IMG/VR virus record: IMGVR_UViG_3300044845_000975
Length of the DNA stretch: 64,000 nt
Direction: 5' to 3' (one strand)
Source of the DNA: an uncultured virus (IMG/VR IMGVR_UViG_3300044845_000975)
Lineage: Duplodnaviria > Heunggongvirae > Uroviricota > Caudoviricetes
The notes under the pieces are model-generated. The model was not told the origin of the DNA and ran no database searches. It worked only from the letters and a program-made list of their open reading frames with translations. How positions within the stretch are numbered: the stretch's first letter is position 1; every line of letters begins with the position of its first letter. Both the position numbers and the translations under genes were made by a program. Shown here piece by piece: positions 38,587-48,071 of this stretch.

Positions 38587-39549
38587 ATGGAAGAAAAAGT
38601 TTTATGTTTATTAACAGATTACGTTTTAAATAGTCCTATTTTTAACGCATGGGAAAAATTCTTAATTGAAAAAAAAATAGGAGTTCGTAAAGTTTCCGTT
38701 ACTGGTGGATGTAAAGATTATTTAAAATTATTTCAAGAATATCCTAATATAATTACATGGAATTGTAGGACGAAGCATTCTTGGATAGAGGCTCAAAATA
38801 AAAATGTTTTATTTATTGACAATTCTTTATTAATTCAAAATTCTGGAATTTATTTAGACAATAAAGGTTTTTTTTCTGACTCTAACTTGAGAAAAAGATT
38901 TGATCAAATAGAGGATATTCAAAATTGTCGTATTGAAACAATAAATAAAACTATTTTCAATAAATTCAAATATAAATGGTTTTCTCATGAAACTCAAAAT
39001 AATAAAGTATTAGTTGCTCTTCAACATCATTTAGATTCTAATATTAATTTTCAATTCCCTTTTGGAGAAAAATTTACAGATAAAGTTGAAGCCACTTTAT
39101 GTTTTATTAAAACATATTTGCCTGATTCTTATGAAGTTACTATAAGACCACATCCAAGATTTTTAGATCATTGGAATGAAAATATTGAAAAATATAAAAA
39201 ATCTTTTTGGAACCCTCAATGGAATATTGATTTATCTAAAAGTGCTTATAGCCAACTTCAAGAATATAATTATCTCATATCTGTTAATTCTACTTTAGTT
39301 CAAGAAGCTATCTGTTTAGGTATTCCAGTAGCGACTTTGGGAGTAGGTACATTTTCTGATCATGAAGTTACATTAGAATGCGCAACAAATTTTAATAATC
39401 TGTCTAAATTAAATTATTATAAACCTTCTCAACAGAAATGCCTACAATATATTAACAAAGTATTAAAATATAATATTCTTCATCATAAAGACTCTTTTGA
39501 AGATGTCATTAATAATGAAGAATGGTTAAAATTTTATCAAAAAATTTAA
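38587..39549 (+). CDS. capsular polysaccharide biosynthesis (KpsS/KpsC-like) GT-B protein
   Basis: LVALQ...D, IRPHP, SVNST...EA...GIPV. Confidence 0.65.
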   Translation: MEEKVLCLLTDYVLNSPIFNAWEKFLIEKKIGVRKVSVTGGCKDYLKLFQEYPNIITWNCRTKHSWIEAQNKNVLFIDNSLLIQNSGIYLDNKGFFSDSNLRKRFDQIEDIQNCRIETINKTIFNKFKYKWFSHETQNNKVLVALQHHLDSNINFQFPFGEKFTDKVEATLCFIKTYLPDSYEVTIRPHPRFLDHWNENIEKYKKSFWNPQWNIDLSKSAYSQLQEYNYLISVNSTLVQEAICLGIPVATLGVGTFSDHEVTLECATNFNNLSKLNYYKPSQQKCLQYINKVLKYNILHHKDSFEDVINNEEWLKFYQKI

Positions 39550-40133
39550 AGTAATTTAATTAAAACCTGTTCATGGTTTAGGTTCGAAGCTTCTATATTA
39601 AAATCTAAATTATTTTCATTAATCCAGTTCAAGAAAGATTTAAATTCATGCTCTTCATACCCTCTATAATTAAACATCTCATCAAATAAAAGCATAGGCT
39701 TTTGTTCAATAATTAATTGAGATAAATTATTTAATATAGTATTTGTTGAACTACCAATATCACAATCTATATGAATACCTTTTATTGGTTCTTTAATATT
39801 TTTTACTTTTGAAATTGTTTCTTCAAACCACCCTTTATAAATAAAGACATTTGATTTAAATTTTAACTTACTAAAATCTGTAGCGAAAATACCTTTTGAG
39901 TGACTCTCTTTCCAATCTTCAGGTAATCCTTCAAATGAATCGAAACCGTGAAAGAAGCAATCTGGTCTAACAAGAGCCATGTAATTAATTGATCTACCTT
40001 GCCAAACTCCAAATTCTAAAAATGCAGAATTTGAATAATGTTCTTTTAAGTATAAATGCCAAATTTGCTCTCTTGTTTGACACCTAATTTTAGGATTTAA
40101 AATTTTTTCATACAATTCGTTAGTATTCATCAT
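39546..40133 (-). CDS. class I SAM methyltransferase (TylF/MycF-like)
   Basis: LEFGVWQG.S, GFDSFEGLPE.W, KGWF, HIDCD, FDE. Confidence 0.85.
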   Translation of the reverse strand: MMNTNELYEKILNPKIRCQTREQIWHLYLKEHYSNSAFLEFGVWQGRSINYMALVRPDCFFHGFDSFEGLPEDWKESHSKGIFATDFSKLKFKSNVFIYKGWFEETISKVKNIKEPIKGIHIDCDIGSSTNTILNNLSQLIIEQKPMLLFDEMFNYRGYEEHEFKSFLNWINENNLDFNIEASNLNHEQVLIKLL

Positions 40134-40513
40134 AGTTCAATTTTAAAATTTTTATTTTCAATAGTTTTGGGCTTATCTGCCATGTGTTTTGCGCCTTTTC
40201 TTTCTTTGGAATAGTCTTCAAAGAATTTCTTCTTAACTGGGTCAACTCCACCAGCTTGTTCCGCACGCTTTGCGCTCATTTCCGCGCTGTAATCAAGCAT
40301 GTCTCCCATTGTGCCTTTTTTCGAAGCAGTGCGTTCTACGAACTTCTGTGCGCTAAATGCGTCTGTTTTAGTATCAATACTAGCGTTGGGAGAGAAGAAT
40401 ACTCTATCCCATTTAAGACCAGAAGAGTCAACGAATTCATGAACATCATTCATTCCTTGAATGATCTCTACTTCTTCTCCAGTTTCAGGATTGCGATAAC
40501 AGTATAAAGGCAT
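40130..40513 (-). CDS. FmdB-like regulatory protein
   Basis: MPLYCYRNPETGEEVE start at ATG 40513; longer ORF would cross a terminator. Confidence 0.65.
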   Translation of the reverse strand: MPLYCYRNPETGEEVEIIQGMNDVHEFVDSSGLKWDRVFFSPNASIDTKTDAFSAQKFVERTASKKGTMGDMLDYSAEMSAKRAEQAGGVDPVKKKFFEDYSKERKGAKHMADKPKTIENKNFKIEL

Positions 40514-40522
40514 ACGGATACT

Positions 40523-40554
40523 AAAAAAAAAGAGGGGTTTTTCAACCCCTCTTT
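40523..40554 (-). terminator. intrinsic terminator
   Basis: minus strand AAAGAGGGGTT-GAAA-AACCCCTCTTT plus T-run. Confidence 0.85.
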
Positions 40555-40568
40555 CTGTTAGATTTTTA

Positions 40569-40916
40569 TTATAGCGGTTTTGCAGTTCCGACTGTTTCTC
40601 CAGCAACAATATATTCTTCATGAATACACCAATCGCTTTCCAAGCAGTCGCTTGGGCTTGCCAACCATCCATATACGTTATTGTCTGGATAAACAATAGC
40701 CATCTGATTTTGATAGCGAAGAGGAAGACCTCGAACGCAAACCTTATCCTTGACAGCTTGTGGAAGACTTGTCATTTTAGGAATAATTTCGATAGGAACT
40801 TCAGAAGGCACTTGCATGAATACAAACATGCCTTTACCATTCCAACCTTCCCTGCTAACAATCTTTCCTTGCTTCATGGCTTCAAGAGCCTGACCGAATG
40901 TTTGATTTTTAATCAT
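40569..40916 (-). CDS. DUF2829 / Tad2-like anti-Thoeris sponge protein
   Basis: TFGQALEAMKQGK.V.R.GWNGKGMFV...GW.AS.SD.L..DW. Confidence 0.8.
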   Translation of the reverse strand: MIKNQTFGQALEAMKQGKIVSREGWNGKGMFVFMQVPSEVPIEIIPKMTSLPQAVKDKVCVRGLPLRYQNQMAIVYPDNNVYGWLASPSDCLESDWCIHEEYIVAGETVGTAKPL

Positions 40917-41977
40917 AGTTTTGAGATAATTTGATTTAGGGTTTTTTGATACGTCATTTCTCTTCCAAGAGAGATGCCGTTTTCATTTAAAATTTTAGCT
41001 TTTGATTCAGCCGTTTCCATGGCAGCAATAACATCTTCTTCATTCCAATCAAAAAAGACTCCTTGGTTGAATTGAGAACCTGGCGTAAAGAATACTCCAT
41101 CACTTGCTGGAATTGTACCTTGTGGTTGCACAAGAATAGAATTCTCAGCATTAGCCCAATCTTTATGAGATGTAGCATCAAGCACAACTGACCACTTTCC
41201 TAAACAGGTTGCATTAAAAGCTGGCAAGTTCCAACCTTCTGCTCCCGAAAGACCAGTAAGATCAATATCAATAGCGTTCAAGAAATCATTCACTTCCGCA
41301 TTTGTTTTTAAGTAAGGAATGAAATTAATGTTGCTGTATTGTTTTCCTTCAAGAGTTTGAGCAAGAATTTGTTGCATCTGCTCAGGCTTAAAGAAAGGAT
41401 TAGTTACACAGCAAGAAAGTAGGTAGTTTGGATTATTACCATACTTCTTAAGCCAAGTTTTAATGATTTTAGCAGTATGCTTGCGATACTCAAACTTACC
41501 CATTAAACCAAAGTGAATTCGATTTGGAAGATAAGTTTTTCCCGTCTTATGAAAAGACTGGTCAAATCCAAGAGTGAAAAGCTCGGTATTGTCGCAATTA
41601 CTAAATTTATCTAAAGAATAGCTAGAAGAGAAAAATGTCTTATCTTGCAATTTGACAAGAGTTTGTTCTTCAGCGGTAGGCTCGGAACACTCGTAAAATG
41701 TAACTAAATACTGACTCTTTGTTTTGCGATTATCGCTTCCATTTAAATGCCAAAGTTTAATTGAAGGCACGTCTTTCTTTAGAAAAGAAAACCTATTCTG
41801 TACAGAATTTTCCAACCATTGAGCAAACTCAGGCTCAACGGAGTGTGCTGAAACATCGGGGTTTCCAACTGGAAACAAACCAACATCATGTCCAGCTTTC
41901 CACATCTCCCTTAGCAAGTTGACAGCAACATTACCAAAGGAGAGTGAATTGAGGGGAGCTTCAAAAATAAATTGCAT
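40913..41977 (-). CDS. GT4-like glycosyltransferase
   Basis: NSLSFGNV, GKFEYRK, AEGWNLPAFNA. Confidence 0.8.
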   Translation of the reverse strand: MQFIFEAPLNSLSFGNVAVNLLREMWKAGHDVGLFPVGNPDVSAHSVEPEFAQWLENSVQNRFSFLKKDVPSIKLWHLNGSDNRKTKSQYLVTFYECSEPTAEEQTLVKLQDKTFFSSSYSLDKFSNCDNTELFTLGFDQSFHKTGKTYLPNRIHFGLMGKFEYRKHTAKIIKTWLKKYGNNPNYLLSCCVTNPFFKPEQMQQILAQTLEGKQYSNINFIPYLKTNAEVNDFLNAIDIDLTGLSGAEGWNLPAFNATCLGKWSVVLDATSHKDWANAENSILVQPQGTIPASDGVFFTPGSQFNQGVFFDWNEEDVIAAMETAESKAKILNENGISLGREMTYQKTLNQIISKL

Positions 41978-41980
41978 ATC

Positions 41981-42421
41981 TTAAAAAGGAATATCGTCTT
42001 CGTCGCCAACTGCGCCAGCCGACTCAACTTCATCATTCTGAGATTTGTTTTCAACGGGTTTAGACTCTGGCTTGCTGGCTTTAGAAGATTCTGAATTCGA
42101 TGTTAATTTTTCAAATTTAGGAACGAAGTTTACTCTATCAGCCACGATAAAAGTTTTCATAACCTTCTTGCCTTCTTTGTCAGTATAGGAGTCTGCTTTT
42201 AAGCGACCCTCAACAATAACTCCAGAACCTTTCTTGAGAATCTTACCACAAGTTTCACCTTGCTTGTCCCAAACATCAACGCTCATATACAGAGTTTCCT
42301 GATCTTTGGAGCTTGCTTCATTGTAAGCGATTCGCATATTAGCGATAGCTTTGCCTGTTTTTGTGTAGCGAACTTCTGGATCAGCTACTAGATTTCCGAA
42401 TAGGATTGTTCTATTGATCAT
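41981..42421 (-). CDS. ssb: single-stranded DNA-binding protein
   Basis: NR.IL.GNL.ADPEVRYT, VEGRL, C-terminal DDIPF. Confidence 0.95.
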   Translation of the reverse strand: MINRTILFGNLVADPEVRYTKTGKAIANMRIAYNEASSKDQETLYMSVDVWDKQGETCGKILKKGSGVIVEGRLKADSYTDKEGKKVMKTFIVADRVNFVPKFEKLTSNSESSKASKPESKPVENKSQNDEVESAGAVGDEDDIPF

Positions 42422-42980
42422 AATTTACTTCTTTTTTTATTTCTTTAATAAATCTATTGTGAATATTAATGCATCCTTGAATTGATAATTTCAATTTGTT
42501 AGCAATTTTCTCCCAAGGGGTTAATTTATTCCTGAACCCATCTTTATAACGCATTTGAATAATCTTTCTTACTCTATGGTCTTCGCTTTTTTCTGCTTTC
42601 TCAAAAATTAAATCTACAACCTCTTTTTCTGAGGATTCTGAAAAATAATCTTTATCAATTAAATGCTCTTCTTGACTTCCCACATCGCAGTATTCATACT
42701 TTTTAGCTCGGTTATGAATATTCAAACACTTCCAACGAATTTCATTTCCTAAATAAGTGCTGAATTTTATGTTGCGATTTGGATCGTATTTTAAAGCTTT
42801 TTCGTAGATAAACAAGTCTTTTTCATCTATAATGTCTGACTTGCAAACATTAGATTGATCAGAGATTGTTTGATTAACTATTTGTAAATAAATACCAGAA
42901 TGACGAGAGATTAGTTCTTTTAAACAGTCTTCATCTTGGTCTTTTTTGATTTTTTGGATAAGGGATAAGTCGTCTGCCAT
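42411..42980 (-). CDS. second sigma factor-like protein
   Basis: KYDPNRNIKFSTYL (region 2); WEKIANKLKLS (region 4). Confidence 0.8.
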   Translation of the reverse strand: MADDLSLIQKIKKDQDEDCLKELISRHSGIYLQIVNQTISDQSNVCKSDIIDEKDLFIYEKALKYDPNRNIKFSTYLGNEIRWKCLNIHNRAKKYEYCDVGSQEEHLIDKDYFSESSEKEVVDLIFEKAEKSEDHRVRKIIQMRYKDGFRNKLTPWEKIANKLKLSIQGCINIHNRFIKEIKKEVNYDQ

Positions 42981-43546
42981 TTTTCTATGACCTCCGAACT
43001 AAAGCTGCTTTGAAAAAAAGCATAACAATAGTCAGTTAAGAGTTTTACGTCTTGATCGCCAAAAGTTTTCCAAATAAAAGAAATATTTGATTTTTCAATC
43101 AAAAGAGGATCATTGATTCTCTCTTCTTCATTTGGTGGTTCAATTAGTTTCCCATTTTCGTTAACGCGACCAATATGAATTAAAAATCCATTATTAGATT
43201 TAATCCAATCTGCCTCATTCTGATAACGCACATCAGAGATGATAGTTAGAGTATCTTTTTTCATGTTTTTCTCTACTACATCAATCCAACAATTTTCATT
43301 CAAAGCTCTGCGCACATGAGTTCCATAAGCAACTAAAAATGGACGAATAATTTTCTTCTCTTCGTCATTGACATTGAAAGGGTCAATACCAACGTGCTTT
43401 TTTAGAAATGGTTTAACTTCTTTCTTAAGTTGATCAGCTAAAGCGATTCTTTCAGCTTTAACTCCAAGCTCTTTGAGAATTTGAACGAATCCATTTGCGA
43501 GAGTATCTTTGCCGCTGCGTGCGACTCCTGAAATTCCTATAATCAT
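42920..43546 (-). CDS. deoxynucleoside monophosphate kinase
   Basis: IIGISGVARSGKDT, LADQLK, ISDVRY.NE. Confidence 0.88.
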   Translation of the reverse strand: MIIGISGVARSGKDTLANGFVQILKELGVKAERIALADQLKKEVKPFLKKHVGIDPFNVNDEEKKIIRPFLVAYGTHVRRALNENCWIDVVEKNMKKDTLTIISDVRYQNEADWIKSNNGFLIHIGRVNENGKLIEPPNEEERINDPLLIEKSNISFIWKTFGDQDVKLLTDYCYAFFQSSFSSEVIEKWQTTYPLSKKSKKTKMKTV

Positions 43547-43555
43547 AATTTTATT

Positions 43556-44242
43556 TTATAAATTCCATTTTATACTTTTTAATTTTTCGAAAAACTCTTC
43601 TGTAGTTAAATTTTGTTTAAACGAATTTACTGCGAAACAGCACCAAACAACATTTCCTTTAACGTATCCAAGAGAAGGCGTCTTTCTATCTAAAGACGGC
43701 GTTTGCCATCCTTGAAAGCCTTTAATTTTACCTTCAGCTTTCATTGGTAATGAAGAATAATAACAGATTCCATTTTGACTATTCCATAAGTCTAATAAGA
43801 ATTTTTCATCAAGATTAAATTCTATCCCGTTTTTTTTACAATTGCTTTTTATAGAAGAATTTCTTTGCCTCAAATATAATGAAAAATTGTTTTCAAATGA
43901 AAATTTTAATCGAGTCTTCCTGTTAGCTTCGCATCTCTTTACAGAATCAAGTTTATGATAACATTCTCTACAAATTTTAGATACTCCACCAGATAAATTT
44001 TTACTTTTATTAAAAAAAGATAAATCTTTCCATTCTTTACATTTGAAGCATTTTTTATTATTTCCAACTACAATAGGACATTGATGTTTTCTAAAAATAT
44101 TCCTAAATTCCCTCTCCATCACTTGATGACAATTATCACATTCTACAAAAACACATTTTCTTGATTGAGGTTCTAAAGAACTAGATTTGTAGCGATATTT
44201 ACTATAAGTTAAATCTTCGTGGACATGTACAGTATTAAACAT
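43556..44242 (-). CDS. HNH-like (His-Me) homing-type endonuclease with zinc fingers
   Basis: CxxC repeats; SLDR...GY.KGNV.WCC..VN..K. Confidence 0.7.
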   Translation of the reverse strand: MFNTVHVHEDLTYSKYRYKSSSLEPQSRKCVFVECDNCHQVMEREFRNIFRKHQCPIVVGNNKKCFKCKEWKDLSFFNKSKNLSGGVSKICRECYHKLDSVKRCEANRKTRLKFSFENNFSLYLRQRNSSIKSNCKKNGIEFNLDEKFLLDLWNSQNGICYYSSLPMKAEGKIKGFQGWQTPSLDRKTPSLGYVKGNVVWCCFAVNSFKQNLTTEEFFEKLKSIKWNL

Positions 44243-44278
44243 AATAATTATTACACGAGGATTTGGAAATTGTGAAAT

Positions 44279-44809
44279 TTAAAACCCCGTTGATCCAAAG
44301 CCTCCTTCTTGACGTTCCGAATCTTCTAGTTCATCAACAACTTCAATTGTTGGGTGAAAGTGAGGTTGAAAAACTAATTGGCAAACCTTGTCTCCTTTTT
44401 TGTAAATCTTTTCAAGATTTACATATCCAATAATATTTCCAAACGCATTCACTATCAAATCTTCTGGTTGAAAGATGTATTTGAATCTTACTTTAACATT
44501 ACCTCTATAGCCTGAATCAACTACTCCTACTGAATTAGCAAGTGTAAGATTATAATTACTAATACTTGAGCGAGGAAAGATTAGAGTAAAAACATCTTGG
44601 CTTCTAGCCACAAATGGCTGCAAGCCATCAAGCTTAATTCCCAAGTCATATTCAATGTAATCAACTGAATACCATAAACCGCTGCTGTAATCTTGCTTGC
44701 CAACAATTTTTGGTTCTGAAACAGATTTAGCATCATATCCAACATCACCTTCCTTTGCTGGAAGGCTTAGTTCGCCATTAATTTCTTCAATGTAAATAAA
44801 AGAGTTCAT
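44279..44809 (-). CDS. dut: trimeric dUTPase
   Basis: GYD, PRSS, NSVGVVDSGYRG, QL, R.EGGFGSTG. Confidence 0.93.
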   Translation of the reverse strand: MNSFIYIEEINGELSLPAKEGDVGYDAKSVSEPKIVGKQDYSSGLWYSVDYIEYDLGIKLDGLQPFVARSQDVFTLIFPRSSISNYNLTLANSVGVVDSGYRGNVKVRFKYIFQPEDLIVNAFGNIIGYVNLEKIYKKGDKVCQLVFQPHFHPTIEVVDELEDSERQEGGFGSTGF

Positions 44810-44810
44810 C

Positions 44811-45098
44811 TTATTCGTTTATTGGTTCTAAATCTTTAGCTAAATCATGAAAACCAGCATTCGCCAAAATAGCTGATGAGCTAAAGAAATGAGCATTCTC
44901 CAAATCCTCAGTAATCTCTTGGCACATGATTGCAGTACCAACCACAAAATTAGCTTGATCAGTTGAAGCAAAATGTATTAAGGCTTCTGTCATTGCTTGA
45001 GTAACGGCTTCTGTAGCATCTTCTGCATTAATAACTGACTGCCATCCTCCGCTTTTGCAGAAGTAAAGTTTTTTGATTGAATTCTGTGGATAAAACAT
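44811..45098 (-). CDS. hypothetical protein
   Basis: 95-aa ORF with its own promoter. Confidence 0.7.
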   Translation of the reverse strand: MFYPQNSIKKLYFCKSGGWQSVINAEDATEAVTQAMTEALIHFASTDQANFVVGTAIMCQEITEDLENAHFFSSSAILANAGFHDLAKDLEPINE

Positions 45099-45103
45099 GA
45101 TTA

Positions 45104-45132
45104 AGTTTATAACAAGGAAAATGTTCTGTCAA
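45104..45132 (-). promoter_or_regulatory. sigma70-type leaderless promoter
   Basis: TTGACA-N17-TAAACT-N5-ATG. Confidence 0.75.
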
Positions 45133-45340
45133 GAACTTTTCCTATTTTTATGAGAGTAAATTTTATATAACTTTAATAAAAATTAAATTCTATATTAATT
45201 CTACGTCTCGTATAATGTTAACGTTAGGGGGTACGAGGGGGAGGAGACTAATATTTCAACCTTTTTTCGAAAATCTTTGCAGAGTTATGAAATTATTGTT
45301 TTTTCTGCTTAACGAAATAACACATTTTTCATGAAAACCC

Positions 45341-45369
45341 TTGACTAAAGTAGCTTTGTCGTGTAATAT
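45341..45369 (+). promoter_or_regulatory. sigma70-type promoter overlapping a GTGTAA motif
   Basis: TTGACT-N17-TAATAT-N6-ATG; GTGTAATAT at 45361. Confidence 0.75.
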
Positions 45370-45375
45370 ATCGGT

Positions 45376-46371
45376 ATGACAAATTCAGAATCTACCAAGA
45401 CAATCTTTGATGAACAAATTGCTCGAAAACCAGATAAATATCCTTGGGCGCAAGAATTTATTGCTGTCATGCATGAAGGCTTTTGGACACACAAGGAATT
45501 TAGCTTTTCAAGTGATGTTCAAGACTTTAAAGTGAATCTCTCCGATGAGGAAAGGGAAATTGTTATTCGCACTCTTTCAGCAATTGGTCAAATTGAGGTT
45601 GCTGTTAAAAAGTTTTGGGCAAAGCTTGGTGATAATCTACCACATCCCACATTGACTGATTTGGGATACGTTATGGCGGGCGTTGAGGTTATTCATAACA
45701 ACGCATACCAGAGGCTTTTAGAAGTTCTTGGAATGGAAGATATTTTTGAGCAAAATCTCAAGCTTGATGTTGTTTCTGGACGAGTCAACTATCTCAGAAA
45801 GTACAATCATAAATTCTATAAAGATTCTCGTAAACAGTATGTTTATGCATTGATTTTGTTTACTCTATTCATTGAGAATGTTTCTTTGTTTTCTCAGTTT
45901 TACATTATTCTTTGGTTCGGAAGATTCAAGAATGTGCTTAAAGACACTACTCAGCAAGTTACTTATACCAAGAACGAAGAACTTATTCATGGTAAAGTTG
46001 GCATGAAGCTTGTGAATACCATTCGTAAAGAGTGTCCAGAACTCTTTGATGAAGAGCTTGAGCAGAAAATCCTTCATGAAGCTGGTGAGGCTTTCAAGGC
46101 TGAAAGCAAGATTATTGATTGGATTATTGGCGATTGGCAAGACAAGAGAATTTCCTCTGATATTTTGAAAGAATATATTAAGAGCAGAATTAATGATTCT
46201 TTGAAAGAAATTGGCTTCAGTAAGTTATTTGATATTGACCATTCAAAAGCTAGAGATTATGAATGGATGGATGAAGAAGTGTTGGCGAATAATGCTGTTG
46301 ATTTCTTTTATCAACGCCCAACAGACTACGCAAAGGCAAACAAAACTTTCGAACTAGACGACTTAGTTTAA
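45376..46371 (+). CDS. nrdB: ribonucleotide reductase beta subunit (class Id-like)
   Basis: QIEVAVK, EVIH..AY, IENVSLFSQF, EELIH, DFF. Confidence 0.92.
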   Translation: MTNSESTKTIFDEQIARKPDKYPWAQEFIAVMHEGFWTHKEFSFSSDVQDFKVNLSDEEREIVIRTLSAIGQIEVAVKKFWAKLGDNLPHPTLTDLGYVMAGVEVIHNNAYQRLLEVLGMEDIFEQNLKLDVVSGRVNYLRKYNHKFYKDSRKQYVYALILFTLFIENVSLFSQFYIILWFGRFKNVLKDTTQQVTYTKNEELIHGKVGMKLVNTIRKECPELFDEELEQKILHEAGEAFKAESKIIDWIIGDWQDKRISSDILKEYIKSRINDSLKEIGFSKLFDIDHSKARDYEWMDEEVLANNAVDFFYQRPTDYAKANKTFELDDLV

Positions 46372-46380
46372 TTTTTAATC

Positions 46381-48027
46381 ATGAGTAAATACTACTGGCT
46401 TAATGAAAAGTCCCGCGAATTCTTGTCTCGCGGATATGTCAAGGAAGGTCAAACCGCAGAGCAAAGAGTTCGTGAAATTGCTGAGGCTGCTGAAAAATAC
46501 TTGGGCATCGCAGGTTTTGCTGACAAGTTTGAAGATTACATGTCTCGCGGCTGGTTCAGCTTATCTTCTCCTGTTTGGGCTAATTACGGCTTGGAAAGAG
46601 GTTTGCCTTGTTCTTGTAATGGTTCTTTTATTGATGATACAATGGAAAGCATTCTGTACAAGAATGCAGAAATTGGAATGATGACAAAAAATGCTGCTGG
46701 AACTTCCGCTTACTTTGGCAAGCTTCGTTCTCGCGGAGCGCCTATTTCTTCAGGTGGAACTTCTAGTGGGGCTGTGCATTTTATGGAGCTTTTTGATAAA
46801 GTCTCTAATGTCGTTTCTCAGTCTAGCGTTCGTCGCGGTTCAATGGCTGCATATCTAGATATTGATCATCCAGATGTTGAAGAATTCCTCCGCATCAAGG
46901 GAGAGGGCCATCCTATTCAAGACTTGAGTATTGGTGTTTGCATCTCTGATGAATGGATGGAAGGACTACTCAATAAAGACAAGGAAAAGTTAAAGATTTG
47001 GGGCGAAGTAATTAAAAAGCGTTTTGAAAGTGGTTATCCATATTTACATTTCACTGGCAATGCAAATAAAAATGCTCCAAAGGTTTATCAAGATAAAAAT
47101 ATCAAAATTTACGCCTCCAATCTCTGCAATGAAATTCAACTTTCTTCTGACGCTGAAACATCTTTTGTCTGTGTGCTTTCTAGCATTAATCTCCTTCATT
47201 ATGAAGAGTGGAAGGATACTGACGCAGTTGAACTTTTAACTTATTTCTTGGACACTGTTACTGAAGAGTATATTCAGAAAACAAAAGATATGCCATTTAT
47301 GGCGGCTCCAAATAAGTTTGCTAGAGAACAGAGAGCTATTGGTCTTGGAGTTCTTGGTTGGCACTCTTTCCTTCAAAGCAAAATGATTGCTTTTGAAAGC
47401 ATGGAAGCTAAAATGCTCAATGCTCAAATCTTTAAACTCTTGGACGATAAGAGCTTAAAGGCAAGCAAAGAGCTTGCTGAAAAATATGGTGAGCCAGAAC
47501 TTCTAAAAGGTTATGGAGAAAGAATGGTAACAAGAATTGCAATCGCTCCAACGACTTCTTCTTCATTTATTCTTGGTCAAGTTTCTCAAGGAATCGAGCC
47601 TCAAAACTCAAACTACTATGTTAAGAAACTCGCAAAAGGCTCCTTTACTTATAAAAATCCATACCTAAAAGAACTCTTGCAACAAAAAGAACAAGATACC
47701 CAAGATGTTTGGAAAAGCATTCTTGAAAAAGGCGGTTCTGTTCAGCATTTGGATTTTCTTTCCCAAGATGAGAAAGATGTTTTTAAAACTTTTGGAGAAC
47801 TATCTCAAAAAGAAATTGTTATCCAAGCATCACAAAGACAAAAGAGAATCGACCAAGGACAAAGCTTGAATTTAATGATTCCTCCATCCGCATCAATTGG
47901 AGAAGTTAGCAAGCTTCTCATCTTTGGTTGGCAGCAAGGAATTAAAGGATTTTATTACCAGCGTTCAAGCAATCCAAGTCAGCTTCTTGCCCGATCATTA
48001 AACGAATGCAAATCATGTGAGGCTTAA
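46381..48027 (+). CDS. nrdA: ribonucleotide reductase alpha subunit, no ATP cone
   Basis: SSPVW.N, SC, RRG, SNLCNE, IAPT.SSS, DQGQS, YY, C-terminal CKSC. Confidence 0.95.
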   Translation: MSKYYWLNEKSREFLSRGYVKEGQTAEQRVREIAEAAEKYLGIAGFADKFEDYMSRGWFSLSSPVWANYGLERGLPCSCNGSFIDDTMESILYKNAEIGMMTKNAAGTSAYFGKLRSRGAPISSGGTSSGAVHFMELFDKVSNVVSQSSVRRGSMAAYLDIDHPDVEEFLRIKGEGHPIQDLSIGVCISDEWMEGLLNKDKEKLKIWGEVIKKRFESGYPYLHFTGNANKNAPKVYQDKNIKIYASNLCNEIQLSSDAETSFVCVLSSINLLHYEEWKDTDAVELLTYFLDTVTEEYIQKTKDMPFMAAPNKFAREQRAIGLGVLGWHSFLQSKMIAFESMEAKMLNAQIFKLLDDKSLKASKELAEKYGEPELLKGYGERMVTRIAIAPTTSSSFILGQVSQGIEPQNSNYYVKKLAKGSFTYKNPYLKELLQQKEQDTQDVWKSILEKGGSVQHLDFLSQDEKDVFKTFGELSQKEIVIQASQRQKRIDQGQSLNLMIPPSASIGEVSKLLIFGWQQGIKGFYYQRSSNPSQLLARSLNECKSCEA

Positions 48028-48071
48028 CAATTTACTAGATATTTTTTAATTTTTAAGTGTAAAAATAAATC

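Noticed and set aside
40514..40696. N-terminal extension of ORF 40130..40696
   Set aside because: Runs through a terminator and overlaps the Tad2-like gene; MPLY at 40513 is the family-typical start
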